Assembly: GCA_963777165.1 (NCBI GenBank) | Contig: CAVZPO010000023.1 | Coordinates: forward strand, 558,278 to 622,277 | Origin: an uncultured Chloroflexia bacterium | GTDB taxonomy: Bacteria; Chloroflexota; Anaerolineae; Anaerolineales; E44-bin32 | Direction of reading: 5' to 3' | DNA length: 64,000 nt | Part shown: one piece after another, positions 1 to 9,086 of the stretch | Layout: each line of letters starts with the position of its first letter | Numbering within the stretch: the stretch's first letter is position 1 | Made by a program: the position numbers and the translations under genes | Notes under the pieces: model-generated | Seen by the model: only the letters and a program-made list of their open reading frames with translations | What the model was told of the DNA's origin: nothing | Databases searched by the model: none

Positions 1-1
1 T

Positions 2-791
2 GCGCTCAAGTTCGGGCACCTGGTGATGGAAAAGACCCAGGCCGAGGTGACGAGCTTCTACATCGACATCCGGGCTCCGCATCAAGAACTACGAGGAGTT
101 CTACGACCGACTGCAGGATGAGGGCATGCGTTTCATCCGAGGCCGGGTGGCCGAGGTGACCGACGCCGCCCGACGGCCGGAGGAAGAGGGCAAGCTGATC
201 GTCCAGGTCGAGGACACGCTGGTCGGCAAGCAGCGCCGGCTGCCCTTCGATATGGTCGTTCTGATGTCGGGCCTGCAGCCGCGGGCCGACGCCAAGGAAG
301 TCGGCCTGCGCTTCGGGATCTCGTGCTCGATGGACGGCTGGTTCACCGAGCGCCACCCGAAGCTCGACCCGGTGGCGACGATGACCGACGGGATCTTCAT
401 CGCCGGCGTCTGTCAGGGGCCGAAGGACATCCCCGACTCGGTCGCCCAGGGAGCGGCGGCGGCCTCGCGCATCCAGGGCATGATCGCCAAGGGCACGGTG
501 ATGATCGAGCCCGTGGTGGCCACGATCCACGAGGAGCACTGCTCCGGGTGCCGCATCTGCAACAACCTGTGCCCGTACAACGCCATCGAGTTCCTGGCCG
601 AGAAAGGCGTCAGCTACATCAACGCCGCGTTGTGTAAGGGCTGCGGCACGTGCGTGGCCGCCTGCCCGGCGCAGGCCATCAGCGGCGCCCACTTCAGCAA
701 CCAGCAGATCACGGCCGAGCTCGAGGGGCTGCTGTATGACGCGGTGAGCGGCAACGGCGGAGCGCTGAAGCCCGTGGCCGTGCCGGCCTAG
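2..791 (+). pseudogene. hdrA: HdrA-family flavoprotein, C-terminal ~260 aa (5' end outside window); reading frame changes once near nt 77-81
   Basis: Frame 2 (nt 2-79) ends ...SFYIDIRAP. Frame 3 from nt 81 continues IKNYEEFYDRLQDEGMRFIRGRVAEV. Joined, they reproduce the FYID(I/V/L)R..GK.(Y/F)(E/D)E(F/Y) block of the intact HdrA paralogs at 20770-23694, 25200-26915 and 26946-28340. Downstream are GVCQGPKDIPDSVAQG and two CxxCxxCxxxCP ferredoxin motifs. The Met at 126 in the ORF track is internal. Confidence 0.8.
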
Positions 792-803
792 CGGAGGAAG
801 CCC

Positions 804-1301
804 ATGACTGACGAACGCTTCGAGCCCAAGATCATCGCCTTCCTGTGCAACTGGTGCTCCTACCGCGCGGCCGACCTGGCGGGCACGGCGCGCATGAAGT
901 ATCAGCCCAACATCCGGACGATCCGCGTCATGTGCAGCGGCCGCGTCGACCCGTCCTTCATCCTCAAGGCCTACTCCCTGGGGGCGGACGGCGTGATGAT
1001 CGCCGGCTGCCATCCGGGGGAGTGCCACTACCTGGAGCAGAACTACAAGGCCATGCGGCGCTACGAGATGCTGCGCCACACCCTGCTGGCCATGGGGGTG
1101 GAGGATCACCGCCTGCGGCTGCAGTGGGCCTCCGCCGCCGAAGGCAACGTACTGGCGGCGGCGATCAACGAGATGATCGAGCAGGTGCGCGCCCTGGGGC
1201 CGATGAACTGGCCGCGCTTCTGGAGCGAGAACGGCGGCCACCAGGAGGCCATCGCCCGCCTGCCCCACGAGCACGCCGAAGCCATGGAGGTGTCCGCATG
1301 A
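804..1301 (+). CDS. mvhD: Methyl-viologen-reducing hydrogenase delta subunit (MvhD/FlpD family)
   Basis: Motifs FLCNWCSYRAADLAG, MCSGRVDP and GCHPGECHY. Lies between hdrA and the hydrogenase small subunit. A clear paralog sits at 18565-18993. Confidence 0.85.
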   Translation: MTDERFEPKIIAFLCNWCSYRAADLAGTARMKYQPNIRTIRVMCSGRVDPSFILKAYSLGADGVMIAGCHPGECHYLEQNYKAMRRYEMLRHTLLAMGVEDHRLRLQWASAAEGNVLAAAINEMIEQVRALGPMNWPRFWSENGGHQEAIARLPHEHAEAMEVSA

Positions 1302-2284
1302 CTGCCAAGCCGAAGCTGGCACTCTACTGGGCGGCGTCGTGCGGTGGGTGCGAGATCGCCGTTCTGGCGATCGACGAGAAGATCCTCGAGGTGGCCGCGG
1401 CCTTCGACATCGTCCTGTGGCCGGTCGCCATCGACGCTAAAGTTCGCGACATCGAGAAGATGGCCGACGGGAGCATCGACGTCTGCCTGTTCAACGGCAG
1501 CATTCGCAACAGCGAGCAGGAGTACATGGCCCAGCTGCTGCGCCGCAAGTCCAAGATCCTGGTGGCGTTCGGCTCGTGCGCCCACGAAGGCTGCATCCCC
1601 GGCCTGGCCAATCTCTCCGGGCGCGAGGCGATCTTCGACTACGTCTACCGCAAGAGCCCGTCGGTCGACAACCCCCAGGGCATTGTCCCGCAGCCGGAGT
1701 ACCAGGCACCCGAGGGAATGCTGCACATCCCTGTCTTCTACGACACGGTCAAGACGCTCGACCAGACGGTGGAGGTGGACTACTACGTCCCGGGCTGCCC
1801 GCCGGAGGCCGAGAACATCTACGAGATCGTCAAGGTGGTCATCGCCGGGCTGGGCGGCGCCCCCCTGCCCCCGGCCGGGACTGTCCTCGGCAAAGAGACG
1901 ACGGTGTGCGACGAATGCCCGCGCACGCGCAACGAGAAGAAGATCAAGTCCTTCAAGCGCACCTGGGAGATCATCCCCAACGAGACCGAGTGCCTGCTCG
2001 AGCAGGGTCTGGTCTGCCTCGGGCTGGCGACGCGTGCCGGATGCGGCGCGCTGTGTCCGAAGGTCAACTCGCCCTGCATCGGCTGCCACGGCGCCAATGT
2101 CGACGTCGAGGACTTCGGCGCCCGGATGATGACGGCGCTGGCCTCGGTGATCGACTCACAGGACCCGGCCGAGATCCGCCGGATCATCCAGGAGGGCATC
2201 CCGGACCCGGTGGGCACCTTCTACCGCTTCAGCCTGCCCCACAGCCTGCTGCGCCGCTCGGCGATCAGCGGCAACGGGCACTAG
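1298..2284 (+). CDS. mvhG: [NiFe]-hydrogenase small subunit, Mvh/group 3c type
   Basis: The ATG at 1298 overlaps the mvhD stop (ATGA). N-terminal LYWAASCGGCEI small-subunit Cys motif, plus GSCAHEGC, PGCPP, CDECP, CLGLATRAGCGALCP and CIGC clusters. The longer ORF-track entry (845..) has an implausible Arg/Pro-rich N-terminus. Confidence 0.85.
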   Translation: MTAKPKLALYWAASCGGCEIAVLAIDEKILEVAAAFDIVLWPVAIDAKVRDIEKMADGSIDVCLFNGSIRNSEQEYMAQLLRRKSKILVAFGSCAHEGCIPGLANLSGREAIFDYVYRKSPSVDNPQGIVPQPEYQAPEGMLHIPVFYDTVKTLDQTVEVDYYVPGCPPEAENIYEIVKVVIAGLGGAPLPPAGTVLGKETTVCDECPRTRNEKKIKSFKRTWEIIPNETECLLEQGLVCLGLATRAGCGALCPKVNSPCIGCHGANVDVEDFGARMMTALASVIDSQDPAEIRRIIQEGIPDPVGTFYRFSLPHSLLRRSAISGNGH

Positions 2285-2302
2285 GCCCGAGGAGGCGAAC
2301 CC

Positions 2303-3769
2303 ATGCAGAGAATCTCGATTGACCCCATCACCCGCCTCGAGGGCCACGGCAAGATCGACATCTTTCTCGACGACCAAGGCGAGGTCGCCAACGCCTATTT
2401 CCAGATCCCGGAGCTGCGTGGCTTCGAGGTGTTCTGTGTCGGCCGTCCGGCGGAGGACATGCCCAACCTGACCGACCGCATCTGCGGCGTGTGCCCCGAG
2501 GCGCACCATATGGCGGCGTCCAAGGCCCTCGACGCGTTGTGGCACGTCGACCCGCCTCCGGCGGGGAAGAAGCTGCGCGAGCTGATGTACAGCATCTTCT
2601 TCGCTACCGACCACACTACCCACTTCTACGCCCTCGGTGCGCCCGATTTCATCGTCGGGCCGGATGCCCCGGTGGCCGAGCGCAACATCCTGGGCGTGAT
2701 CCAGAAAGTGGGCATGGACGTGGCCGGCAAGGTGCTTAAGATGCGCCACGACGGCCACTACCTGATCCAGATGATGGCCGCCCGCCGCGTGCAGCCAAAC
2801 TGGGGGCTGCCTGGCGGCGTCAGCCGTGGCATCAACGAGGAGCAGCGCAAAGAGATCGAGAAGCTCGGGCGCGACGCCATCGAGTTCGCCCTGTTCTCGC
2901 TGCAGGCATTCCGCGACATCGTCCTGGGCAACAAGGCCTACGTCGACCTGATCTTGGGCGACATCTACACTCACCGCACCTACTCGATGGGCATGGTCGA
3001 CGACAAGAACCGCGTCAACTTCTACGACGGCCTGATCCGCGTCGTCGACCCCGACGGCAAGGAATTCGTCAAGTACGCGCCCAAGGACTACCTGAGCGTC
3101 ATCGCCGAACACGTCGAGCCCTGGACCTACTTGAAGTTCCCGTACCTGAAGAAGGTCGGCTGGAAGGGGCTTGTCGACGGCAGCGACTCGGGTGTGTACA
3201 AGGCCACGCCTCTCTCGCGGCTCAACGCCGCCGATGGTATGGCGACGCCGAAGGCCCAGGAGGCCTACGAGGAGTTCTACAAGACGCTCGGCGGCAAGCC
3301 GGTGCACGCCACACTGGCAACCCACTGGGCCCGGCTGGTTGAACTGCTCTACGCCGCCGAGCGTTGGGTGGAGCTTGCCACCGATCCGGAAATTACCAGC
3401 CCGAACTACCGGACGATCCCGACGGAAACTCCGACCGAGGGCGTAGGGTCCGTCGAGGCGCCGCGCGGCACGCTCACCCACCACTACAAGACCGACGCGC
3501 GAGGCATCCTGACCGAGGTCAACCTGATCGTCGGCACGACGAACAACTACGCGCCCATCGCCATGTCGTGCAAGCGGGCCGCCGAGAAGCTGATCCACAA
3601 GGGCAAGGTCACCGAGGGCCTGCTCAACATGGTCGAGATGGGGTTCCGGGCCTATGACCCGTGTTTCGGCTGCGCGACGCACTCGCTGCCGGGACAGATG
3701 CCCATGGAGGTTCGTCTGCGGGGGCCGAACGGAGAGGTCCTCGAGGTTCTGACGAAGAACCTCGGGTGA
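2303..3769 (+). CDS. mvhA: [NiFe]-hydrogenase large subunit, Mvh/group 3c type
   Basis: RLEGHGKI, N-terminal Ni-ligand motif RICGVCPEAHH (RxCGxCxxxH) and C-terminal DPCFGCATH (DPCxxCxxH), followed by a ~28-aa tail of the kind removed by a maturation protease. Confidence 0.9.
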   Translation: MQRISIDPITRLEGHGKIDIFLDDQGEVANAYFQIPELRGFEVFCVGRPAEDMPNLTDRICGVCPEAHHMAASKALDALWHVDPPPAGKKLRELMYSIFFATDHTTHFYALGAPDFIVGPDAPVAERNILGVIQKVGMDVAGKVLKMRHDGHYLIQMMAARRVQPNWGLPGGVSRGINEEQRKEIEKLGRDAIEFALFSLQAFRDIVLGNKAYVDLILGDIYTHRTYSMGMVDDKNRVNFYDGLIRVVDPDGKEFVKYAPKDYLSVIAEHVEPWTYLKFPYLKKVGWKGLVDGSDSGVYKATPLSRLNAADGMATPKAQEAYEEFYKTLGGKPVHATLATHWARLVELLYAAERWVELATDPEITSPNYRTIPTETPTEGVGSVEAPRGTLTHHYKTDARGILTEVNLIVGTTNNYAPIAMSCKRAAEKLIHKGKVTEGLLNMVEMGFRAYDPCFGCATHSLPGQMPMEVRLRGPNGEVLEVLTKNLG

Positions 3770-3835
3770 GCCGGGCGCACGCCGGGCGCAGCGCGCGGCA
3801 GCGGGCAAAGATCCGCTGGCGCGTGGCGTAACGCA

Positions 3836-4306
3836 ATGCGGACGCTCGTCCTTGGTTTGGGGAACGCCATCCTGGGGGATGACAGCATTGGGTTACGCGT
3901 GGTGCGCCGCGTGGCGCAGCGCCTGCCCCCGTCCTCCGGCGTGACAGTTTCCGAGGATGAGCGCGGCGGGCTGGGGCTCGCCGAACAGCTGGCCGGTTTC
4001 GACCGGGTTCTGCTGGTCGATGCCATCCAGACCGGTGCGCCAGCCGGGACCTTACACACGCTCGACATACACTCGGTCCCCACGCAGCGGACGGCGACGG
4101 CGCACGGGATCAACCTGCGCATGGCGCTTGAGCTCGGCCGTCAGTCCGGGCTCGCCCTGCCAGTGGATGAGGCAATCGTCATTCTGGGCATCGAGGCCGC
4201 GGACGTCCTGACGTTCAGCGAGCAACTGACGCCCGACGTCGAACTAGCCATCCCCCGAGCCGTCGCCGCAATCGAGGCGTGGCTCCATCAGGAGGACCTG
4301 AAATGA
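3836..4306 (+). CDS. Hydrogenase maturation endopeptidase (HybD/HycI/FrhD family)
   Basis: N-terminal LVLGLGNAILGDDSIG motif; 156 aa; immediately downstream of the large subunit. Confidence 0.8.
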   Translation: MRTLVLGLGNAILGDDSIGLRVVRRVAQRLPPSSGVTVSEDERGGLGLAEQLAGFDRVLLVDAIQTGAPAGTLHTLDIHSVPTQRTATAHGINLRMALELGRQSGLALPVDEAIVILGIEAADVLTFSEQLTPDVELAIPRAVAAIEAWLHQEDLK

Positions 4307-4788
4307 TCTCTACCGAGACGCTCAGACGCTACCCGATCTTCGGTGGGTTCCCGGAAGCCACCCTGCGCGACATCGCCATGATCGGCCAGGAAACGAAGTT
4401 CAAGGCAGGAACCCGCCTCTTCACTGAAAGCGGCCGACTGCCCGCAGGGGAGAGGTTCCTCGAGCCCGGGAAGCCGGCCGATGCTTTCATGGTGGTGACG
4501 GAGGGCGAGGTCGACCTGATGACGATTCTTGGCAGCGGCAAGCAGGTCTTCGTGTTGACGGCAGTCACTGGAGACCTGCTCGGCCTCTCGAGCCTGCTCG
4601 AGCCGAACGGCTACCTGCTGACTGCCGTGGCGCGCACAGACGGGTCGCTGCTCAGCATTGCCTCTGCCGGCCTGCGGGCGCTGTGTGACCAGGACAATGC
4701 TCTCGGCTACCGGCTGATGCGGCAGATTGCGGTGGATCTCCGCAGCCGACTGGCGCAGGCGGTCGTCCAGCTCGCCGGAATGAGCTAA
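4303..4788 (+). CDS. Stand-alone cyclic-nucleotide-binding (CAP/Crp effector-domain) protein
   Basis: The ATG at 4303 is preceded by AGGAGG (4290-4295) and overlaps the protease stop (ATGA). The sequence pattern (YPIFGGF...L..IA......FKAGTRLF.E......F.VV.EGEVDL) fits a cNMP-binding beta-barrel. No DNA-binding HTH follows. Confidence 0.6.
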   Translation: MISTETLRRYPIFGGFPEATLRDIAMIGQETKFKAGTRLFTESGRLPAGERFLEPGKPADAFMVVTEGEVDLMTILGSGKQVFVLTAVTGDLLGLSSLLEPNGYLLTAVARTDGSLLSIASAGLRALCDQDNALGYRLMRQIAVDLRSRLAQAVVQLAGMS

Positions 4789-4830
4789 TCCCCCAACGCC
4801 TTGCGCGGTCCCTTCACCGATCACTGACAG

Positions 4831-4858
4831 GTAGGGGCACGGCATGCCGTGCCCCTAC
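4831..4858. terminator. Perfect 28-nt palindrome (GTAGGGGCACGGCA|TGCCGTGCCCCTAC) downstream of the cNMP-binding gene
   Basis: The two halves are exact reverse complements, giving a GC-rich hairpin about 40 nt after the stop at 4788. It is followed by GGTTTTGG (a short T-run). It could act as an intrinsic terminator or as a REP-like element. Confidence 0.5.
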
Positions 4859-4912
4859 GGTTTTGGCCAACCGGGCACGCCCCGAAAGCGGACAACCTGC
4901 CTATCCACTGCA

Positions 4913-5165
4913 GGGGCGAAGCATGCCGAAAGGCGCCCGCCCTCCTCCGACTCGAGTTGGGCATGCTTCCCCCCTACCCGCATCGGGGTCTCCCAAACGG
5001 TCGCGGCGCGTCTCCCCATTGCCGGATCAGCAGGCGCCTCATACCCTTCGATGCCTCACCGCCATCGTCGCGGGGGATCCCGTAGGGTGAATGGATGGGC
5101 GAAGCATGCCGTCTCGCACCGGCGTGCCGCCGGGCTTCGCGGCACGAACGGTGCTTCGCCCTTAC
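4913..5165. repeat. Two further imperfect palindromic elements related to the 4831-4858 hairpin
   Basis: GGGGCGAAGCATGCC (4913-4927) pairs with GGCATGCTTCCCCCC (4960-4974, one mismatch). GGGCGAAGCA (5097-5106) pairs with TGCTTCGCCC (5152-5161). The 15-mer GGGCGAAGCATGCCG occurs exactly twice (4914-4928 and 5097-5111). The elements end in CCCCTAC/CCCTTAC like the first hairpin. Confidence 0.6.
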
Positions 5166-5486
5166 GCGACAACTTGGTGCCCTACCGGGACAGTCCACAA
5201 TGACGTCGTGGCACCTTGGGCTAGGCGAGAAGCTGGCTGAATGAGCCTGACGGGTTTTGAGAGCTACGTCGCGCTACTCTTGTCAGCCGGGAGAGACGAG
5301 CGGGACGTTCGGGGCACTTCGGGCGTGATGAATGGCCGGAATCAATCGATTGCCGGCTCGACCCGCACGCAGCGTATCCGGTGGAAGGTCACCGGAATTC
5401 CCTGCAACCCCTCCCTTGACCGTCGGTTGACCTCCCGGCTAGGCTTGTGGGGCCGCATCTCGATCAGCTGCGGAGATAGAGGGCGT

Positions 5487-7037
5487 ATGACCGAAGACCC
5501 ACGAATCCTGCAGCTGCGCAAGCTCCGTCAAGAGGCCCGACTGGGCGGCGGCGCAGATCGAATCGCCAAACAACATGCCAAGGGCAAGATGACCCCTTAC
5601 GAGCGGTTGGATCTGCTCCTCGATGCGGGGACGTTCCACGAGCTCGAGCCCTTTATCACCGGACAGGGTGACGAACTCGGACTGAGCACCGAGAAGTTCC
5701 TGGGCGACGGCGTAGTCACCGGGTATGGTCAAATCGATGGCCGCACGGTGTACGTCTATGCGCAGGACTTCACCGTGCACGGCGGGACATTGAGCGAGAC
5801 GCAGAGTCACCGGATCTGCCGGGTGATGGATCTGGCCCTGCGCAACGGCGTGCCGATGCTCGGCCTGATCGATTCCGGCGGCGCCCGCATCCAGGACGGC
5901 GTGCGCAGCCTGGGCGGGTACGCCGAGATCTTTCGCCGCAACGCGCAATACTCAGGGGTGATCCCCCAGATCAGCGTGATGCTTGGCCCCTGCGCCGGCG
6001 GCGCCGCCTACTCTCCGGCACTGACAGACTTGATCGTGATGGTCGATAAGCACTCGTACATGTTCCTAACCGGGCCGGAGGTCATTCGGGCCGTGACCGG
6101 CGAGATCATCGATCCGGAGAGCCTGGGTGGGACCTCGATCCACACCTCGGTCAGCGGCACGGCGCACCTGGCAGTGGCCAACGAATTCGAGGCACTGGCC
6201 CTCTGCCGGCGAGTGCTCGGTTATCTTCCCTCGAACAACGTCGAGAACCCGCCCTTCCGCGTGACGGACGATGACCCCCTGCGGATGGATCCGGAACTCA
6301 ACGCCATCGTCCCGCTCGATCCGGCCACCCCATATTCGATGCACGCGGTCATCGAGCATATTGTCGACCGCGGATCCTTCCTCGAGATCCAGGCGGCGTG
6401 GGCACGCAATGCCATCGTCGGGTTGGCGCGTCTGGGAGGACACAGCGTCGGCATTGTCGCCCAGGAGCCGAGCGTGATGGCCGGCGTACTGGACATCGAC
6501 GCCTCGGATAAGATCTCGCGCTTTGTGCGCATGTGCGACTGCTTCAACGTTCCGCTGGTGACTTTTGTCGACAGCCCCGGATTCCTTCCCGGCGTCGATC
6601 AGGAACATCGCGGCATCATCCGCCACGGCGCCAAAGTGCTGTACGCCTACGCCGAGGCCACCGTCCCCAAGATCAGCGTGATCACACGCAAGGCCTACGG
6701 CGGAGCCTACATCGTGATGGGAAGCAAATACCTGGGAACGGACGTCAACTACGCCTGGCCGAGCGCCGAGATCGCCGTGCTGGGCGCCGAGGGCGCCGCC
6801 AATATCCTGTTCCGGCGCCAGATCGAAGCCGCGCCCGACCCGGCGGCCGAGCGCCTCCGCTTGGCCGACGACTACCGGCGCAAGTTCAACAACCCGTATC
6901 ATGCCGCCTCGGCCGGTTTCGTGGACGACATCATCGAACCGCAGGAGACGCGCCCCAAAGTCATCGCCACGCTGGCCGCCTTGCGGGACAAGTACTCGCC
7001 CGCGCCGCCGCGCAAGCACGGGAACATTCCGGTCTGA
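5487..7037 (+). CDS. mmdA: Acyl-CoA carboxyltransferase (methylmalonyl-CoA decarboxylase alpha / propionyl-CoA carboxylase beta family)
   Basis: Starts MTEDPRILQLRKLRQEARLGGG..IAKQHAKGKMTPYERL, typical of this family. The ATG at 5487 follows GGAGATAGAGGG. About 516 aa, with tandem carboxyltransferase halves. The preceding 82 codons of the track ORF look non-coding. Confidence 0.85.
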   Translation: MTEDPRILQLRKLRQEARLGGGADRIAKQHAKGKMTPYERLDLLLDAGTFHELEPFITGQGDELGLSTEKFLGDGVVTGYGQIDGRTVYVYAQDFTVHGGTLSETQSHRICRVMDLALRNGVPMLGLIDSGGARIQDGVRSLGGYAEIFRRNAQYSGVIPQISVMLGPCAGGAAYSPALTDLIVMVDKHSYMFLTGPEVIRAVTGEIIDPESLGGTSIHTSVSGTAHLAVANEFEALALCRRVLGYLPSNNVENPPFRVTDDDPLRMDPELNAIVPLDPATPYSMHAVIEHIVDRGSFLEIQAAWARNAIVGLARLGGHSVGIVAQEPSVMAGVLDIDASDKISRFVRMCDCFNVPLVTFVDSPGFLPGVDQEHRGIIRHGAKVLYAYAEATVPKISVITRKAYGGAYIVMGSKYLGTDVNYAWPSAEIAVLGAEGAANILFRRQIEAAPDPAAERLRLADDYRRKFNNPYHAASAGFVDDIIEPQETRPKVIATLAALRDKYSPAPPRKHGNIPV

Positions 7038-7053
7038 TCGTCGGAGGGAGCCC

Positions 7054-7386
7054 GTGCGCTCTCTCACGGATGAGGGTTCAGTGACGCCTGACTTCGCCAT
7101 CGCGCTTCAGCTCGCCGCTGTCGGCTTGCTCCTGGTCTTCGGCGCCATCCTGCTGCTGTGGGCGGGGATGGCACTTCTCGCCCGAGCGACCGCGCCGCGC
7201 CCCAGGCCGGCCCGTCTCGAGGACCTGGAGGAGGAGCGCCGGCGCACGGCGGCGGCATCCGCCGCGCTGGCCTGGCTGCGCAGCCGTGAACGCCGCCAGT
7301 TCCCCTTGCCCCCCACTGCGATGGTCAGCGCGTGGCAGGCGGTGATGCGCGCCGCCCAACTGCGCCAGCGAGGGCCGGTGCGATGA
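7054..7386 (+). CDS. Small single-pass membrane subunit of the Na+-decarboxylase (OadG/MmdD-like)
   Basis: The GTG at 7054 lies 7 nt after GGAGGGAG. One hydrophobic helix (AIALQLAAVGLLLVFGAILLLWAGMALLA) is followed by a charged tail. Positioned between the carboxyltransferase and the biotin carrier. An alternative GTG start is at 7081. Confidence 0.55.
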   Translation: MRSLTDEGSVTPDFAIALQLAAVGLLLVFGAILLLWAGMALLARATAPRPRPARLEDLEEERRRTAAASAALAWLRSRERRQFPLPPTAMVSAWQAVMRAAQLRQRGPVR

Positions 7387-7784
7387 AAGTCCGAGTCCGA
7401 ATCGAAGAACGCACGTACGTGGTGGAGATCGAAGACCCGCAGGCCGCTCCGGTCGTCGCCACCGTCGACGGGCATCGCTACGAGTTGTGGCCGGAAGACG
7501 GACGGCGTCTGCCGGATGCGTCCGCCTCCGGTGCCATGCAGCCGTTCAGCACGGAACGCGAGGTGCGCGCGCCGATCCCCGGAGTGATCCTGTCGGTGGC
7601 CGTAGAATCCGGCACCAGCGTCACCCCCGGCCAGGAGCTGTGCGTCCTGGAAGCGATGAAGATGCGCAACCCGATCTGTGCCGGACACGCCGGTGTCATC
7701 CAGACCGTTCACGTAACGGTCGGCAAGCACGTTCAGCATCGGGAGGTCCTGATGGAGTTCGCCGACCAAGCCGGCGAGGCCTGA
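7383..7784 (+). CDS. mmdC: Biotin carboxyl-carrier subunit (biotinyl/lipoyl domain)
   Basis: The ATG at 7383 overlaps the upstream stop (ATGA). The C-terminal domain carries the biotinylation motif CVLEAMKMRNPI. Confidence 0.8.
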   Translation: MKVRVRIEERTYVVEIEDPQAAPVVATVDGHRYELWPEDGRRLPDASASGAMQPFSTEREVRAPIPGVILSVAVESGTSVTPGQELCVLEAMKMRNPICAGHAGVIQTVHVTVGKHVQHREVLMEFADQAGEA

Positions 7785-7793
7785 TCCACGGCG

Positions 7794-8924
7794 ATGGACC
7801 TGGCCACCGTCCTCGACGCCCTCACCGAGGGCCTCTCCGCCTTCACCTGGGCCAATGCCGTCATGCTGCTCGTTGGCGGCATCTTGATCGCGCTGGCCAT
7901 CGGCAAGGAAGTCGAGCCGGTGCTGCTCCTGCCGATCGGTTTCGGGTGCCTGCTGGCCAACATCCCGTTGACCGGATTGAACGGCCCGGGGGGCATGACG
8001 GCGGTCCTGTACCAGGCCGGCATCGCCACCGAGCTCTTTCCGCTCCTGATCTTCGTGGGCGTCGGAGCGATGATCGACTTCTCTCCGCTCCTGGCGCAAC
8101 CGCAGCTCGCGCTGTTGGGCGCCGCCGGACAGTTCGGCATCTTCGGCACGCTGCTGCTCGCCTCGTGGATGGGTTTCCCACTGAAGGAGGCCGCCTCGAT
8201 CGGGGTGATCGGCGCCATCGATGGTCCGACGTCGATCTTCGTCGCCTCGCAGCTGGCGCCGCGTCTGTTGGCCCCCATCGCCGTCGCCGCCTACTCGTAC
8301 ATGAGCTTGATCCCAATCATCCAGCCGCCGCTGATGCGGCTTCTCACCACGCCGCGCGAGCGCCGCATCCAGATGGAATACACGCCTCGCCCGGTCTCGC
8401 GCCGGGCGCTGGTGCTGTTCCCGATCCTGGTCACCGTACTCGTTGGCCTGCTGGTCCCCAAGGCTGCTCCGCTCATCGGCGCCTTGATGTTTGGCAACCT
8501 GCTGCGAGAGAGCCGCGTCGTCGACCGGCTGAGCCAGGCCGCCCAGAACGAACTGCTGAATATCACCACGCTGCTGCTGGGGCTGACCATCGGCGCCACG
8601 ATGGAAGGCTCGGCGTTTCTGCGCTGGGACACGCTGGGCATCATGGCCCTCGGGCTGGCTGCCTTCGTCCTCGACACCGCTGCCGGCCTGACCTTCGGCA
8701 AGGCGCTGTGCGCGCTGAGCCGCGGCCGGATCAATCCGCTGATCGGTGCGGCCGGGATCAGCGCCTTCCCCATGGCCGGCCGTCTGGCGGCCAAGATGGC
8801 GCGCGAGGAAGATCACCAGAACTTTCTGCTGATGCACGCCATGGGCGCCAATACCGCCGGGCAGCTAGCCAGCGTAATTGCCGGCGGGATCCTGCTGGCC
8901 CTGACTACCGGCGTCCTCGGATAG
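7794..8924 (+). CDS. mmdB: Na+-transporting decarboxylase beta subunit (OadB/MmdB/GcdB family)
   Basis: 376-aa polytopic membrane protein. Gene order is carboxyltransferase, small anchor, biotin carrier, beta, as in sodium-pumping decarboxylases. Confidence 0.8.
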   Translation: MDLATVLDALTEGLSAFTWANAVMLLVGGILIALAIGKEVEPVLLLPIGFGCLLANIPLTGLNGPGGMTAVLYQAGIATELFPLLIFVGVGAMIDFSPLLAQPQLALLGAAGQFGIFGTLLLASWMGFPLKEAASIGVIGAIDGPTSIFVASQLAPRLLAPIAVAAYSYMSLIPIIQPPLMRLLTTPRERRIQMEYTPRPVSRRALVLFPILVTVLVGLLVPKAAPLIGALMFGNLLRESRVVDRLSQAAQNELLNITTLLLGLTIGATMEGSAFLRWDTLGIMALGLAAFVLDTAAGLTFGKALCALSRGRINPLIGAAGISAFPMAGRLAAKMAREEDHQNFLLMHAMGANTAGQLASVIAGGILLALTTGVLG

Positions 8925-8952
8925 TACCCCCGTCGGGGTGCGCTCGATGAAT

Positions 8953-8980
8953 CGCAGCTCCCGCCAGATGGCGGGAGCTG
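8953..8980. terminator. GC-rich hairpin between convergent genes (GCAGCTCCCGCC-AGAT-GGCGGGAGCTGC)
   Basis: Perfect 12-bp stem with a 4-nt loop, lying between the mmdB stop (8924) and the MaoC stop (9087). There is no strong T-tract, so the terminator function is inferred. Confidence 0.5.
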
Positions 8981-9086
8981 CCTGTGTCTCCAATGATCGC
9001 GCGGCTGAGCGCCAGACCGGCTCAGCAGTTCAATCGCCCTGCCCCGTCATCCAGCGGCGTTTCGATTGGCGCCGCCCCTCGCACCG

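Noticed and set aside
2156-3808. Very long antisense or out-of-frame ORFs in the track. Examples: 6-1322(-), 2156-3808(-), 7107-8837(-), 14540-16339(+), 26292-28409(+), 35595-37148(+), 57394-58341(-).
   Set aside because: They lie opposite or out of frame to genes with unmistakable conserved motifs. They have Arg/Gly/Ala/Pro-dominated, motif-free translations and are the expected stop-codon-poor artefacts of GC-rich DNA.
5241-5486. 82-codon N-terminal extension of the carboxyltransferase ORF.
   Set aside because: The family-typical N-terminus begins at the ATG at 5487, which has a purine-rich RBS. The extension has no protein-like features and contains candidate promoter elements (TTGACC at 5416 and 5427).
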